In this document: in pieces, positions 21,964 through 34,552 of the stretch
How positions within the stretch are numbered: position 1 is the first letter of the stretch
Layout of the letters: every line of letters starts with the position of its first letter
Assembly: GCA_963663965.2 (NCBI GenBank)
Contig: CAXXFK010000007.1
Span: forward strand, 1 to 64,000
Reading direction: 5' to 3'
From: Sedimentisphaerales bacterium
GTDB lineage: Bacteria > Planctomycetota > Phycisphaerae > Sedimentisphaerales > SM23-30
Length of the DNA stretch: 64,000 bases
The notes under the pieces: model-generated
Databases searched by the model: none
The model's input: the letters and a program-made list of their open reading frames with translations, nothing else
Told to the model about the DNA's origin: nothing
Translations under genes and position numbers: made by a program

Positions 21964-24165
21964 ATGAAAACGAACCAACAGACAACCCGTCGTAATTTTC
22001 TGAAGGCAGCCGGATTGGGGATGACCGGTGTTATGATGGGTTCTGTGGGTTGTCGTGGAATGATTGGCAAACAAAAGAAGCGCCAACCCAATATTCTACT
22101 GATCATGTCGGATGATATGGGATTTTCAGATATCGGTTGTTATGGCAGTGAAATACATACTCCGACATTGAATACCCTAGCGGCGAATGGATTGCGATTT
22201 ACACAGTTTTATAATACGGCGCGTTGTTGTCCAACCCGGGCCAGTCTGATGACGGGGCTTTACTCTCATCAGGCCGGGATGGGCCATATGACCAGTGATT
22301 CGGGCCAAGTTGGTTATCGGGGTGATTTGAATCAAAATTGCGTGACGATAGCGGAAGTGATGCAACTGGCGGGCTATCGCACTTATATGACCGGAAAGTG
22401 GCATGTGACGCGCTTTGACGGTCCGGAAGATTCCAATCATAACTGGCCCTGTCAACGTGGATTTGACCGATTTTATGGTACGATCAAAGGCGGGGGCAAT
22501 TTTTACGATCCAACATCTTTGTGCCGTGACAATACATTCATTACACCTGAGAATGATTCTGAATACGAGCCGGAGATTTATTATTATACCAATGCGATCA
22601 GTGATAACGCCACGCGTTATGTAAAAGACCATTTTGAGCAGACCCCGAATCGTCCGTTTTTTATGTATGTGGCTTATACCTCGGCACACTGGCCCATGCA
22701 TGCGCTTCCGGAGGACATCGCCAAATATCATGGTGTTTATGATGAGGGTTATGAGGCGATTCGAAAAGCTCGTTTTGACCGGCTCAAACGGATGGGATTG
22801 ATTGATCCGGATTGGGAATTAAGCGAGCAGGCCGGTGACTGGGACAAGGTTGAGCATAAAGAATGGGAAGCACGGTGTATGGAAGTGTATGCGGCGATGA
22901 TCGATTGTATGGACCGTGGCATCGGTCGGATTGTTGAGCAGCTTCGTCGTTCGGGCCAGTTGGACAATACCCTGATCTTCTTTTTACAGGACAATGGCGG
23001 CTGTGCGGAGGATATGGGGCGCAGCGATCATAAAAACTGGCGCGAATTCAAAGCGCACAAAATGGCGCCGGATGAGTTGCAACCCAGTGTCTGGCCTCCG
23101 ATGACGACCCGTGACGGCCGGGCCGTACTGGGAGGCCCCTCGGTGATGCCGGGACCGGCGGATACTTATATTGGTTACGGCGAGAACTGGGCCAATGTAT
23201 CCAATACGCCGTTTCGTCTGTACAAACACTGGGAACATGAAGGTGGCGTGTCTACTCCGTTGATTATTCACTGGCCAGCCGGCGTGGACCGTAAAGGTGA
23301 GTTGGTTAAAGAGCCCGGCCACCTGATTGATATTATGGCGACCTGTGTCGATGTCTCCGGCGCGGACTATCCGGTTGAATATCATGGAAACAACATAAAA
23401 CCCATGGAAGGCCTGAGCCTGCGGCCGGCGTTTGCTAGTCAGCCGCTCAACCGGACAGCGATTTATTTTGAACATGAAGGCAATCGAGCCATCCGAAAAG
23501 GCAAATGGAAGCTGGTGGCCAAAGGCGCGGACGGACCATGGGAATTGTATGATATGGAAAAAGATCGTACTGAAATGCATGACCTTAAAAGTCAATATCC
23601 ACAAGTTGCAACCGATCTGGAGGCTATGTGGAAGGTGTGGGCTGAACGCGCGGACGTTTTACCATTGACACCCTATTGGAGTTCTAATCAAACGCTAAGT
23701 AAAAAGAAGAATTTTACCTTCAGATCAGGCGATGATATTCCTCGTGAGCAGGCCCCCAATATTGCCGGTAAGTCCTTTACTTTTACTGTGAACTTTGATC
23801 AATTTGGAGGTGATGGTGTTATTATTGCGCAAGGCGGTTCGGCGGAGGGCTACGCGCTGTTTATTCAGGGTGGAGTATTGTGTTTTGTAACGCGTCATGG
23901 CGGAAAAGAAACGCTGCTGAAGGACACGAGTGTCGGTACAGATAGTCTTGAGAGTATGATTTGTACTCTGGATCGAAAGGGCGCGGTGCAAGTGACAGGT
24001 GGAAATCGAACGCTGCTGAGCGGTAACGTTCCGGGACCACTGGAGAAAATGCCGGTTGATGGGCTTCAGATCGGACGTGATTTAAAAGGAACTGTCGGGC
24101 CCTATCAAGCCCCGTTTGCCTATGAGGGTAATATCAAAACAGTGGTTTTCAAAATTCTGGATTAA
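21964..24165 (+). CDS. Tat-exported S1 arylsulfatase with C-terminal LamG/ConA-like domain
   Basis: TRRNFLK Tat motif, DDMGFSD, CCPTRASLMTG (formylglycine motif), GKWH. Confidence 0.95.
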   Translation: MKTNQQTTRRNFLKAAGLGMTGVMMGSVGCRGMIGKQKKRQPNILLIMSDDMGFSDIGCYGSEIHTPTLNTLAANGLRFTQFYNTARCCPTRASLMTGLYSHQAGMGHMTSDSGQVGYRGDLNQNCVTIAEVMQLAGYRTYMTGKWHVTRFDGPEDSNHNWPCQRGFDRFYGTIKGGGNFYDPTSLCRDNTFITPENDSEYEPEIYYYTNAISDNATRYVKDHFEQTPNRPFFMYVAYTSAHWPMHALPEDIAKYHGVYDEGYEAIRKARFDRLKRMGLIDPDWELSEQAGDWDKVEHKEWEARCMEVYAAMIDCMDRGIGRIVEQLRRSGQLDNTLIFFLQDNGGCAEDMGRSDHKNWREFKAHKMAPDELQPSVWPPMTTRDGRAVLGGPSVMPGPADTYIGYGENWANVSNTPFRLYKHWEHEGGVSTPLIIHWPAGVDRKGELVKEPGHLIDIMATCVDVSGADYPVEYHGNNIKPMEGLSLRPAFASQPLNRTAIYFEHEGNRAIRKGKWKLVAKGADGPWELYDMEKDRTEMHDLKSQYPQVATDLEAMWKVWAERADVLPLTPYWSSNQTLSKKKNFTFRSGDDIPREQAPNIAGKSFTFTVNFDQFGGDGVIIAQGGSAEGYALFIQGGVLCFVTRHGGKETLLKDTSVGTDSLESMICTLDRKGAVQVTGGNRTLLSGNVPGPLEKMPVDGLQIGRDLKGTVGPYQAPFAYEGNIKTVVFKILD

Positions 24166-25133
24166 CCTTTAAGCCCCGAGGCTTTAAAGAAGGTATAGCA
24201 AAAGACGCCATCTTCTTCTGAGGTGCGATAAAGATCTGTAACGCCGCGATCAAAATCCTCAGCCGACATAAGATTATGTTCGAGCACTTCGCGGCGAACA
24301 TTGGCGATCATGGCGCTGAAGGTTTTTCTTGTGAAACCATCGACCAGTTGGGGTTTACTGTTATCCACATAAACCATGCGCGGCGAGACGCGGACCTGCT
24401 TAAGTCCCAGGCGAGTCAGCATTGGGAAAAGCTCGCGGCCAATCAGGGCATTGCCGCCAGAACTGGCTTGCAGATCGACCAGCGCCTGGATCGCCCGCCG
24501 GGCATAATCGCTTTCGGGATAGAAAAAAGTTGAACCATGATCGCCTTCGATCATGGTAATGGTGCCGCCGGGTTTTAAAACATGGATCAGGTGTTGAAGG
24601 GCTTTTTCGGGTTCGGGCAGATGTTCCAGCACAAAACATAAAAAGACATGATCAAAATCAGATTCCAAAAAAGGCAGGTTAAAAATATCGGCCTGTTGAA
24701 ATTGGACATTAATCAGTCCGGCATGACGAATGGTTTGTTCGGCCTGGCCTAGGGAAGATTTAGAAATATCGATGCTGACCAGTTGGGATTGTGGATTTTT
24801 TCCGGCCAGAGTAATCGTCTGGGCGCCCACGCCACAACCCGCCTCTAATACCCGGCTGCCGGGTTCAAAAAGGGTATCATGGTGTAAAAGCTCAACCAGG
24901 GTCTGGGCCTGATCATATAAACGCGCGTTTTCGTCCGGGGAATAACCATGCACATAACTGCGGTGTTGTCGGCTGTCAGCCACCCATTGATCGATGGTTT
25001 CGCGGTCGAACCGCCACTGACTGCCGATTTTGCTGGCCGGGATACGGTTCTGTCGGGCTAGTTGATAGAGTTTCGTCCGGCTCATCTGTAAATAGTCGGC
25101 CAGTTCGTCCAGAGTTAACCATTTGTTTGCCAT
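24162..25133 (-). CDS. Excisionase-like (HTH_17) DNA-binding domain fused to a class I SAM methyltransferase
   Basis: WLTLDELADYLQMSRTKLYQLARQNRIPASKIGSQWRF followed by VLEAGCGVG, FDHVFLCFVLEH, LKPGG. Start at ATG 25133. Confidence 0.88.
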   Translation of the reverse strand: MANKWLTLDELADYLQMSRTKLYQLARQNRIPASKIGSQWRFDRETIDQWVADSRQHRSYVHGYSPDENARLYDQAQTLVELLHHDTLFEPGSRVLEAGCGVGAQTITLAGKNPQSQLVSIDISKSSLGQAEQTIRHAGLINVQFQQADIFNLPFLESDFDHVFLCFVLEHLPEPEKALQHLIHVLKPGGTITMIEGDHGSTFFYPESDYARRAIQALVDLQASSGGNALIGRELFPMLTRLGLKQVRVSPRMVYVDNSKPQLVDGFTRKTFSAMIANVRREVLEHNLMSAEDFDRGVTDLYRTSEEDGVFCYTFFKASGLKG

Positions 25134-25312
25134 GATATTATTCCTAATGACATATATTGAATGATAATTAATAACAATATATGATAACAAATGATAATAA
25201 AATAAAAAAATGGAAATTTAATTTTATTACCGGTATAACCACATTAATTGTGTTCTTATTTATATCTAATAATATCAAAAATTATACAAATAACAAAATT
25301 ATGAGGCAAGTG

Positions 25313-26257
25313 ATGGAATTTAAGTTAGTTAAGGAATTAAAAAAAGCGAATCGGATTCTGTTGGCTGGAGCCGGAGGTGGATTTGATATTTTTTGTGGTT
25401 TACCGCTTTACTTTTATCTGAAGGATTGTGGTAAAGAGGTCTGGCTGGCAAATTTGTCATTTACGGATTTGTATAAAGTTTCTGGTCGAGAGATAACAAA
25501 GGCTGCTGTTATGGTTAATGCTGATACTCAGGGCCCCGGATGTTATTTTCCGGAGAAATACCTATGTCAATGGTTTCGTCAACAGGGTGAAGAAATAGAG
25601 ATGTGTTGTTTTCATAGAACAGGACCAATTCGAATTCTGCAGGCGTATGAAAAGCTATGTTCTGAATTGTCTATAGATTGTATCTGTCTGATTGATGGAG
25701 GAACTGATAGTTTAATGAGGGGAGATGAAACAGGACTGGGAACACCACAAGAAGACATCGCCAGCATTTCGGCGGTGAATTCTTTGGAAATTTCCAGAAA
25801 ATTTCTGGTATGTATTGGTTTTGGTGTGGATGCGTATCATGGAGTCAGTCATTTTCAGTTTCTTGAAGCGGTTGCAGATCTGACGAAAAATGGACATTAT
25901 CTGGGTGCACATTCCTTGCTGCCCGATATGCCAATAGTTGAAAAATATAAAGAAGCCTATTATTTTGTTCAGAATAAAATGCCATCCCGTCCGAGCATTG
26001 TATCGACTTCTGTTCTCTCTGCGATCGAGGGGCAGTACGGTGATTATCACGTTACCGACCGAACACATGGAAGCACGCTCTGGATTAATCCAATCATGAG
26101 TCTCTATTGGGGATTCCGGCTAAAAGGGGTTGCAGAAAGATGTCTTTATTTAGATCGGATTAAAGACGCACTCACCTACGCAGAGTTGACAATGTTAATA
26201 GAACAATTTCGAGAGGAACTTCATGTGATTCGATCATGGAATTCTATTCCGGTTTGA
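25313..26257 (+). CDS. DUF1152 family protein
   Basis: LAGAGGGFDIFCGLPL, IDGGTDSLMRGDE.GLGTP.ED, GFGVDAYHG. Start at ATG 25313 after GAGG. Confidence 0.8.
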   Translation: MEFKLVKELKKANRILLAGAGGGFDIFCGLPLYFYLKDCGKEVWLANLSFTDLYKVSGREITKAAVMVNADTQGPGCYFPEKYLCQWFRQQGEEIEMCCFHRTGPIRILQAYEKLCSELSIDCICLIDGGTDSLMRGDETGLGTPQEDIASISAVNSLEISRKFLVCIGFGVDAYHGVSHFQFLEAVADLTKNGHYLGAHSLLPDMPIVEKYKEAYYFVQNKMPSRPSIVSTSVLSAIEGQYGDYHVTDRTHGSTLWINPIMSLYWGFRLKGVAERCLYLDRIKDALTYAELTMLIEQFREELHVIRSWNSIPV

Positions 26258-26279
26258 TCTCGATAAGATCATTAGAAGG

Positions 26280-28073
26280 CTAAATTGTATTAAAGCGATA
26301 AACGGCTTTCCAGATTCCTCTGACTGAATTGAGCAGGTAGATTTCATCGCCCTCTTTGAGTTCTTCGATGGTGATGATCCCTTCAGTTAATTCGCCGCGT
26401 TGAAGCATGGCCGCGCGCCGGGTGCCGTTGAGCAGGCCGCAGGAGATGGGAGGCGTGATGAGTTGTCGGTCCCGCCTGATCGCAATATTAGCAATCGTGG
26501 ATTCGGTGAGTTGGCCGGTATCGTTATAGAGCAGAACATCATTATATCCGGATTTAGTTTGCCGGGCATTTTCATAAACACGGCGCTGGGTGGTTTTGTG
26601 ATAAAGAAAAACATCATTGCAATCAATTGGAGATGGCGCCAGAATCACTTGCCATTGGCCGGGAGGCGGGGTGAGCTTTTCGGGATCGAGTGGTGTATGT
26701 TCTAAGGTAATGTCACCATTCTGACCAACCAGTAAACGGATTCCCTGAGGAAGGCCTGACTGAAATGTTTTGGAAAAAGCGATAAGGCGGGTATGAACCA
26801 AATTGCGGTTATATTGCCAGCCAAAATACGCGGCTGAGTTTGCCTGACGATCCAGGTGTTCGTTCAGCAGCACAAAACCGTCACGGTCGGTCCAGAGCAG
26901 GGTTTCGAGTAGCTGGAAAGGCGGCCGGGGACTGGATAGAATCCGGGCTTTGGTCGCACATTCTTCAAATTCAGCCTGGTCGACCGAGTCCCAGACAATG
27001 CCGCCACCAACGCCATATTCCATTTGATTAGAACGATGATCGATCAGGACCGTGCGGATCGCGATATTGAACTGGGCGGAACCGCCGGGTGTGATAAATC
27101 CAATGCTGCCGGTATAAATTCGTCTGGGCCGGGTTTCCAACTCGGCGATAATTTCCGTCGTGCGGATTTTAGGGGCGCCGGTTATTGATGCGGGGGGAAA
27201 CATCGCTTTAAAAATATTTGCCAGCGTTGCCGTAGTGCGACATTCAACGCTGCTGGTCATTTGCCAGACGGTATGATATTGTTCGATGTCGAACAGTTGG
27301 GTTGCGTGTACACTGCCCGGGTGGGCGACATGTGACATGTCGTTTCGAACTACATCGACAATCATGGTGTTTTCGGCCCGGTCTTTAAATGATTGACGCA
27401 GTTCATGAGCGTGATTTTGGTCTTCTTCGGGCCAGCGCCCTCTGGGGCGGGTGCCTTTCATGGGGCGAGAGATCAGGTGGTCGCCATTGCGATAAAAAAA
27501 CAGCTCCGGGGTTGCCGAGCAGATCGTCCAGTCTTTCAACTGGATATACGCGCCATACCGCCCACCCTGGCTCTGGTTCATTTGTAAGAACAACTGCCAG
27601 GGATCTTGTACGGGTTCGGCCAGCAGTCGAAATGAATAATTGACCTGATAAGTATCACCATATTGAATATAGCGTTTGATCCGAAAAATGGTCTCTTGAT
27701 AATCGGCCTTATTGATAGAAGGAACCCATTGCGGTTCTTTGGATAGATTTTTGGCTGGAGTCAACTGAAAAGGTTTTGCCTGGTTATAAAGTCCAAACCA
27801 TACCAGTGGAAAGCCGTCTGGATCGCGGACCCGGAATGCCGGGTCGAAGCCGGGGGCTGCTTCATAGGCGACAAAACCGGCCGCGTAGCGCCCCGTCTGT
27901 AATATACGTTCTTCTATGTGACGAATGCTTTCGTAGACGTCATTTTCTGAATGGGTGAAGATCACCTCGTGTGGCTGTTCAAATTTGAGCCATTGTTTCG
28001 AGCGGGCATCGTGTAAGACGAGGGTGTCTTGATCAAAATACATGGAATCTTCAACTAAGCGGGAAGAGGTCAT
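26280..28073 (-). CDS. pabB: Aminodeoxychorismate synthase component I fused to an ADC lyase (aminotransferase class IV)
   Basis: GDTYQVN, SATPELF, PMKGT, ENTMIVD, SITGAPK, GVGGGI; C-terminal LLETL...HKTT...TESTIAN...GLLNGT. Confidence 0.9.
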   Translation of the reverse strand: MTSSRLVEDSMYFDQDTLVLHDARSKQWLKFEQPHEVIFTHSENDVYESIRHIEERILQTGRYAAGFVAYEAAPGFDPAFRVRDPDGFPLVWFGLYNQAKPFQLTPAKNLSKEPQWVPSINKADYQETIFRIKRYIQYGDTYQVNYSFRLLAEPVQDPWQLFLQMNQSQGGRYGAYIQLKDWTICSATPELFFYRNGDHLISRPMKGTRPRGRWPEEDQNHAHELRQSFKDRAENTMIVDVVRNDMSHVAHPGSVHATQLFDIEQYHTVWQMTSSVECRTTATLANIFKAMFPPASITGAPKIRTTEIIAELETRPRRIYTGSIGFITPGGSAQFNIAIRTVLIDHRSNQMEYGVGGGIVWDSVDQAEFEECATKARILSSPRPPFQLLETLLWTDRDGFVLLNEHLDRQANSAAYFGWQYNRNLVHTRLIAFSKTFQSGLPQGIRLLVGQNGDITLEHTPLDPEKLTPPPGQWQVILAPSPIDCNDVFLYHKTTQRRVYENARQTKSGYNDVLLYNDTGQLTESTIANIAIRRDRQLITPPISCGLLNGTRRAAMLQRGELTEGIITIEELKEGDEIYLLNSVRGIWKAVYRFNTI

Positions 28074-28079
28074 TTTCGG

Positions 28080-30392
28080 TTATATCCAACGCTTTATCCA
28101 TGATCGGATACCCTGACCGGCTTTAACCATAGCAACCGGACGGGAGCATCGACGAGCGATCTCTTCGGGTAACGATTCATGAGAAAAGGGCGCGAATATC
28201 GCTTTCTGGGTGGTCCCCAGGACAACCAGATCATGATCCTCTGACATATTCAGGATTGTTGAGGCCGGATCCTTGTCATAGATAACTTTTATTTTAAAGC
28301 GATTACGCGCGATCCCGTGTTTTTCACACAAGTTATCCACAAACCGCCTGGGCGAGAAAGCGCCTCGTCCAGTATCCACATGTAACACGGTAATCAAATC
28401 CGGTTCTGATGATTCACACAGGCGTGCCGCAACCTGTAAGGCTAATCCGCTATTGGGTCCACCGGCAATGGGCACCAGGATTTTATGATATTGATAGTTT
28501 TGCTCGATGCCTTTTAAAACGACAATGTCACAAGGTGATTGTTCAATAATTGGATCGATGGTTGAACCGACAGTAAATAATGAAGACGTGGGTTTGCCAT
28601 GCCAGCCCAGTACCAGTAACCGGGTTTTCTTTTCACGGATCGCCGAGACAATCCCGCGTGCGATTCCGCGGCAGTAGCGGATAGTGGCGCTAACGGAAAC
28701 GGGGGCTTCAGCAAGACATTGCTGGGCAATAGAGATGGCATCTTTGCCATCACGGATATAGGGTTGTGCATCATGTAAGGCGACTTGATCCGGAACGATT
28801 GCCATGTGTATTAATTCAAAGTGAGCATCACGTTCCGGGCCAAGGCGACAGGCGCAGTTGACCAGACTGGCGGCGCGGTCTGGATTGGCCAGGGCCACCA
28901 TGATGGGGTATTTGTTTTCGCTCGGACGCGGGTGGGCGTCTTCTTCGATAATAAGAATGTCTTCTTCGGTTCGTGCAGCACGCGAGCGCGAATAGATAAA
29001 AAAGATAATGGTACCGGACAAGACCCAGATCGGCGCGATAATCCAGGCGATCAGGCTCATATGAATCAGCCATGCCGCGAGCAATATCTGAAAAATGATT
29101 GCCAGAATGGGGAATAAAGGGAACAGGGGCATTAAAAAGCCATAGGTGAGTTCATCGGCCATGGCGCGACGAATTTTGATCACACACAGATTCGCCAGAA
29201 AAAAGAGAAACAGGAACATGATACTGGCACTGGAGGCCACATCTTCTGTTGGTAGCAGGGTAACGGTAATCAGAACGATTGCAGCGGTGCAGAGCAGGGC
29301 GCCATAAGGGGTTTTTCGCCGTGAATGGATTCGAGAAAACAGGCTGGGCAACATTTTGTCTCGGCCCAGGGCATAAGAAGCCCGGGTTGCTGAGTAGATG
29401 GTTGCGTTCAGGGCCGAAGTGGAGGAAAAAATCACAGCCAGGGTTAATATCAGATTACCAAACGGCATGAGTTTGCTGATGGCTTCTCCGAATCCCTTTT
29501 CCTTAAAACCGCCGATCCATTCGTGCACTTGCTGATTTCCAACATCGGGATGGTCCGGACTTACTGAAACAACCGTTGCGAAAGCGACGAGAATATAAAT
29601 AATGGTAACAATTACAACGGAGAGTAACATGGCCTTGGGCAAATTACGGCGAGGATCAATGGTTTCATCGCCGGCCTGGGCGATGACTTCATATCCTTCA
29701 AAAGCGACATAAGTGAAGCCCATCGTCATCAGTAGCCGGGTCCAGCCATGGGGCAAAAATGGATCGAAATTTTGAAGTCGGACAGGATCTTTAATTGCGG
29801 TCCATAAGCCCACCAGGCCAATACAAACAACAAAAATAGTCTGACCAACCGTGATGATTGCTCCAATTTTTCCGGTCTCTGAGGCGCCACGATAATTAAT
29901 ATATATAAAGAGTAAGGCGGTTGCCACTGCCAGGATCACTTCAGCCCGTTCCAGGGATATCGGCATCCAGTCGAGCCAGTGGAGGGTATCGAAAAACCGC
30001 AACGTGTAAATGGAGAAAACCAGCGCATACATGGCCCCGGCAGTGCTGGACGCGAACCACTCCATCCAGCCGGCCAGAAAGCTGGCGGGTTTGCCAAATC
30101 CGATCCGGGCAAAATTATATACCCCCCCCGCCCTAGGAATGGCGGAACTTAACTCGGCGAATGACATGGCGGTGAAAATTGCCAGGAGGCCATTAAATGT
30201 GAAGGTGAGAACAACGCCTCCCGGCCCGGCCTTGTCAATAGAGATACCCATACCAATAAAAACACCGGCGCCAATCATCATTCCCAGGCCCATCATGGTA
30301 ACATGAAACAGGGTAAGTTCGCGCGAAAATTCTCCATGGGGTTCTGACGAAAAGAATTGATTCCCGGAGTGTTTGGGCTGTTTATTTGTCAC
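28080..30392 (-). CDS. APC-family amino acid permease with two C-terminal universal stress protein domains
   Basis: GMMIGAGVF, AELSSAIPRAGG, FEGYE, about 12 TM helices; USP-like LVLGWHG and ILVPIAGGPNS. Confidence 0.92.
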   Translation of the reverse strand: MTNKQPKHSGNQFFSSEPHGEFSRELTLFHVTMMGLGMMIGAGVFIGMGISIDKAGPGGVVLTFTFNGLLAIFTAMSFAELSSAIPRAGGVYNFARIGFGKPASFLAGWMEWFASSTAGAMYALVFSIYTLRFFDTLHWLDWMPISLERAEVILAVATALLFIYINYRGASETGKIGAIITVGQTIFVVCIGLVGLWTAIKDPVRLQNFDPFLPHGWTRLLMTMGFTYVAFEGYEVIAQAGDETIDPRRNLPKAMLLSVVIVTIIYILVAFATVVSVSPDHPDVGNQQVHEWIGGFKEKGFGEAISKLMPFGNLILTLAVIFSSTSALNATIYSATRASYALGRDKMLPSLFSRIHSRRKTPYGALLCTAAIVLITVTLLPTEDVASSASIMFLFLFFLANLCVIKIRRAMADELTYGFLMPLFPLFPILAIIFQILLAAWLIHMSLIAWIIAPIWVLSGTIIFFIYSRSRAARTEEDILIIEEDAHPRPSENKYPIMVALANPDRAASLVNCACRLGPERDAHFELIHMAIVPDQVALHDAQPYIRDGKDAISIAQQCLAEAPVSVSATIRYCRGIARGIVSAIREKKTRLLVLGWHGKPTSSLFTVGSTIDPIIEQSPCDIVVLKGIEQNYQYHKILVPIAGGPNSGLALQVAARLCESSEPDLITVLHVDTGRGAFSPRRFVDNLCEKHGIARNRFKIKVIYDKDPASTILNMSEDHDLVVLGTTQKAIFAPFSHESLPEEIARRCSRPVAMVKAGQGIRSWIKRWI

Positions 30393-30540
30393 CGCTGAGG
30401 TCCTTCAATGTTTCGCGGGCGGTTCCAAAGCCATTGCGGGCAATTCGCTCAATCCTCAAAAACGAGATGATCGCCAACGCGCTCATTAAAATTACTGAAC
30501 ACAAGCCGGCCACAATACCGATTATCATATTTTTGTCCAT
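30382..30540 (-). CDS. Small 52-aa single-TM protein (not in the ORF track)
   Basis: MDKNMIIGIVAGLCSVILMSALAIISFLRIERIARNGFGTARETLKDLSGDK*; its end overlaps the GTG start of the permease. Confidence 0.6.
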   Translation of the reverse strand: MDKNMIIGIVAGLCSVILMSALAIISFLRIERIARNGFGTARETLKDLSGDK

Positions 30541-30693
30541 AAGCCGGTATTATATCAAAATTCACCCATGAAAACAATATTTGCTCCCGGCCCAATTTGA
30601 GAACCCGGTTTTAATCATTATATTTGATTAAGTGATTATGGTTTAGTGTTTTATAATAGCCATTGGGTTCACGGCTATTTAGAAGTAATCGAT

Positions 30694-30723
30694 AAAAAAT
30701 CCCGTCACAGCTTGTGTTTCGGG
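30694..30723 (-). terminator. Possible intrinsic terminator after gyrA
   Basis: Minus strand CCCG-aaa-CAC-AAGCT-GTG-A-CGGG-ATTTTTT. Confidence 0.45.
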
Positions 30724-30763
30724 CGGTTTCGTTTATTTTTATTGTGGTTATAAATAACGGCGA

Positions 30764-33337
<2,574 letters not shown>

Positions 33338-33639
33338 AGTATGTTAACCTCAAATTCCGTATCTGGCGATCTAATCTTGCCGATCGCGGAGGAGATGCTG
33401 GTCCATAGCGGTCCAGTATTTTTCTAATTTAGTCCCATATTTTAACCCGGAAATCTACCCTTTACAATCCTTATTTTTATCATTTTAGTGCTGTTTTTAT
33501 AACAGGTTAGAATAATCTCTCACTATTGTTATCCTGGTGTTGCAAGGGGGATAATGAATGATAAACAATCAAATGTTATTTGCACCGATGGCGCAGTCTG
33601 TCCTTTTTTGGCCTCTTAGAGAGAAATGATTCATCGGCA

Positions 33640-34539
33640 TCAATTTTCATTAAATCCGGTAATTGTGACGTCAAGGTCATTCAGAACGCACTTGAATCTG
33701 GTGCAATTCAAGGAAACATCGCCGATTCTGGGCGGGCCGTTGATTTCTTCGTGGCGACTGATGCCCTTTAACAAATATTGGGAACAACCATATTTTTTGA
33801 TGACATATTGACCGATTTCATAGAGCTGCCAAGACTGATTCCCGCCGAAATGAAAAAGACCGCGGATATTCTGGTTAATGACCGCCAGGATCATTTCTTC
33901 AATCTGTTCACACCATAAACAGCTACGCAGTTCATCGTAAAACAAAGTAACTGGCCGGCCCTTGAGCAAGCGCCCTTTGACCCAGTCAATTGCGCCGGCT
34001 GTGCCGGTAACCGATTCACCCAGCGGTAAACCTAATCGTATGATGCAACTGTTTTCATAGTTTAAAAGAGCCGTTTCAGCCTGGGCGAAGGTCTTGCCCG
34101 CGACACTAACTGGATCTGGCGGATGATCTTCCGCATAGCCCTGTTCGGGCGGATTCTGGCCGGAAAAGACCAGATCGGTACTCAGATAAATAATCGGGCA
34201 GAGTCTGCCAAACACATCTGTAATAGTTTGCATACCGTTCACGTTAATATCGTGGGCCCAGTTGGGTCTTTCTTCGCAGAGATCCAGGTCGCATATTCCG
34301 GCGCAGTGAACAACCAATGTCGGCTGAAATGAATCGCGGATTTTGACCAGGTGTTTATGATTGGTAATACACATTGAGGTGACATTGGGACCGATCGTTA
34401 CTTTGGTTTTGGGGGGACAGATCCCCATGAGATTCCGGCTATCCATAATGCCAACAAGCGCTTTCCATACCGGCCAGCCATGGATCGAGGTTATACCGGT
34501 AATCAGAATACGATGGGGGTTGGTATTTGAGGAAATCAT
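33640..34539 (-). CDS. RmlD-like extended SDR protein with degenerate catalytic motif
   Basis: ILITGITSIHG, HCAG, STDLVFSG, PDPVSVAGKTF, DELRS. Confidence 0.8.
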   Translation of the reverse strand: MISSNTNPHRILITGITSIHGWPVWKALVGIMDSRNLMGICPPKTKVTIGPNVTSMCITNHKHLVKIRDSFQPTLVVHCAGICDLDLCEERPNWAHDINVNGMQTITDVFGRLCPIIYLSTDLVFSGQNPPEQGYAEDHPPDPVSVAGKTFAQAETALLNYENSCIIRLGLPLGESVTGTAGAIDWVKGRLLKGRPVTLFYDELRSCLWCEQIEEMILAVINQNIRGLFHFGGNQSWQLYEIGQYVIKKYGCSQYLLKGISRHEEINGPPRIGDVSLNCTRFKCVLNDLDVTITGFNEN

Positions 34540-34552
34540 GGAGGCCGCCGTT

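Noticed and set aside
24980..25133. Excisionase as a sign of a prophage or ICE
   Set aside because: The HTH is fused to a methyltransferase; no integrase, att repeats, tRNA or phage genes in the window.
28333..28341. Perfect DnaA boxes inside genes (also 24361-24369 and 41777-41785)
   Set aside because: Isolated copies within coding sequence (Val-Asp-Asn codons), with no cluster or AT-rich unwinding tract.
30123..30129. C7 run in the APC permease as a phase-variable tract
   Set aside because: Short, in frame, and encodes the conserved AGG motif.
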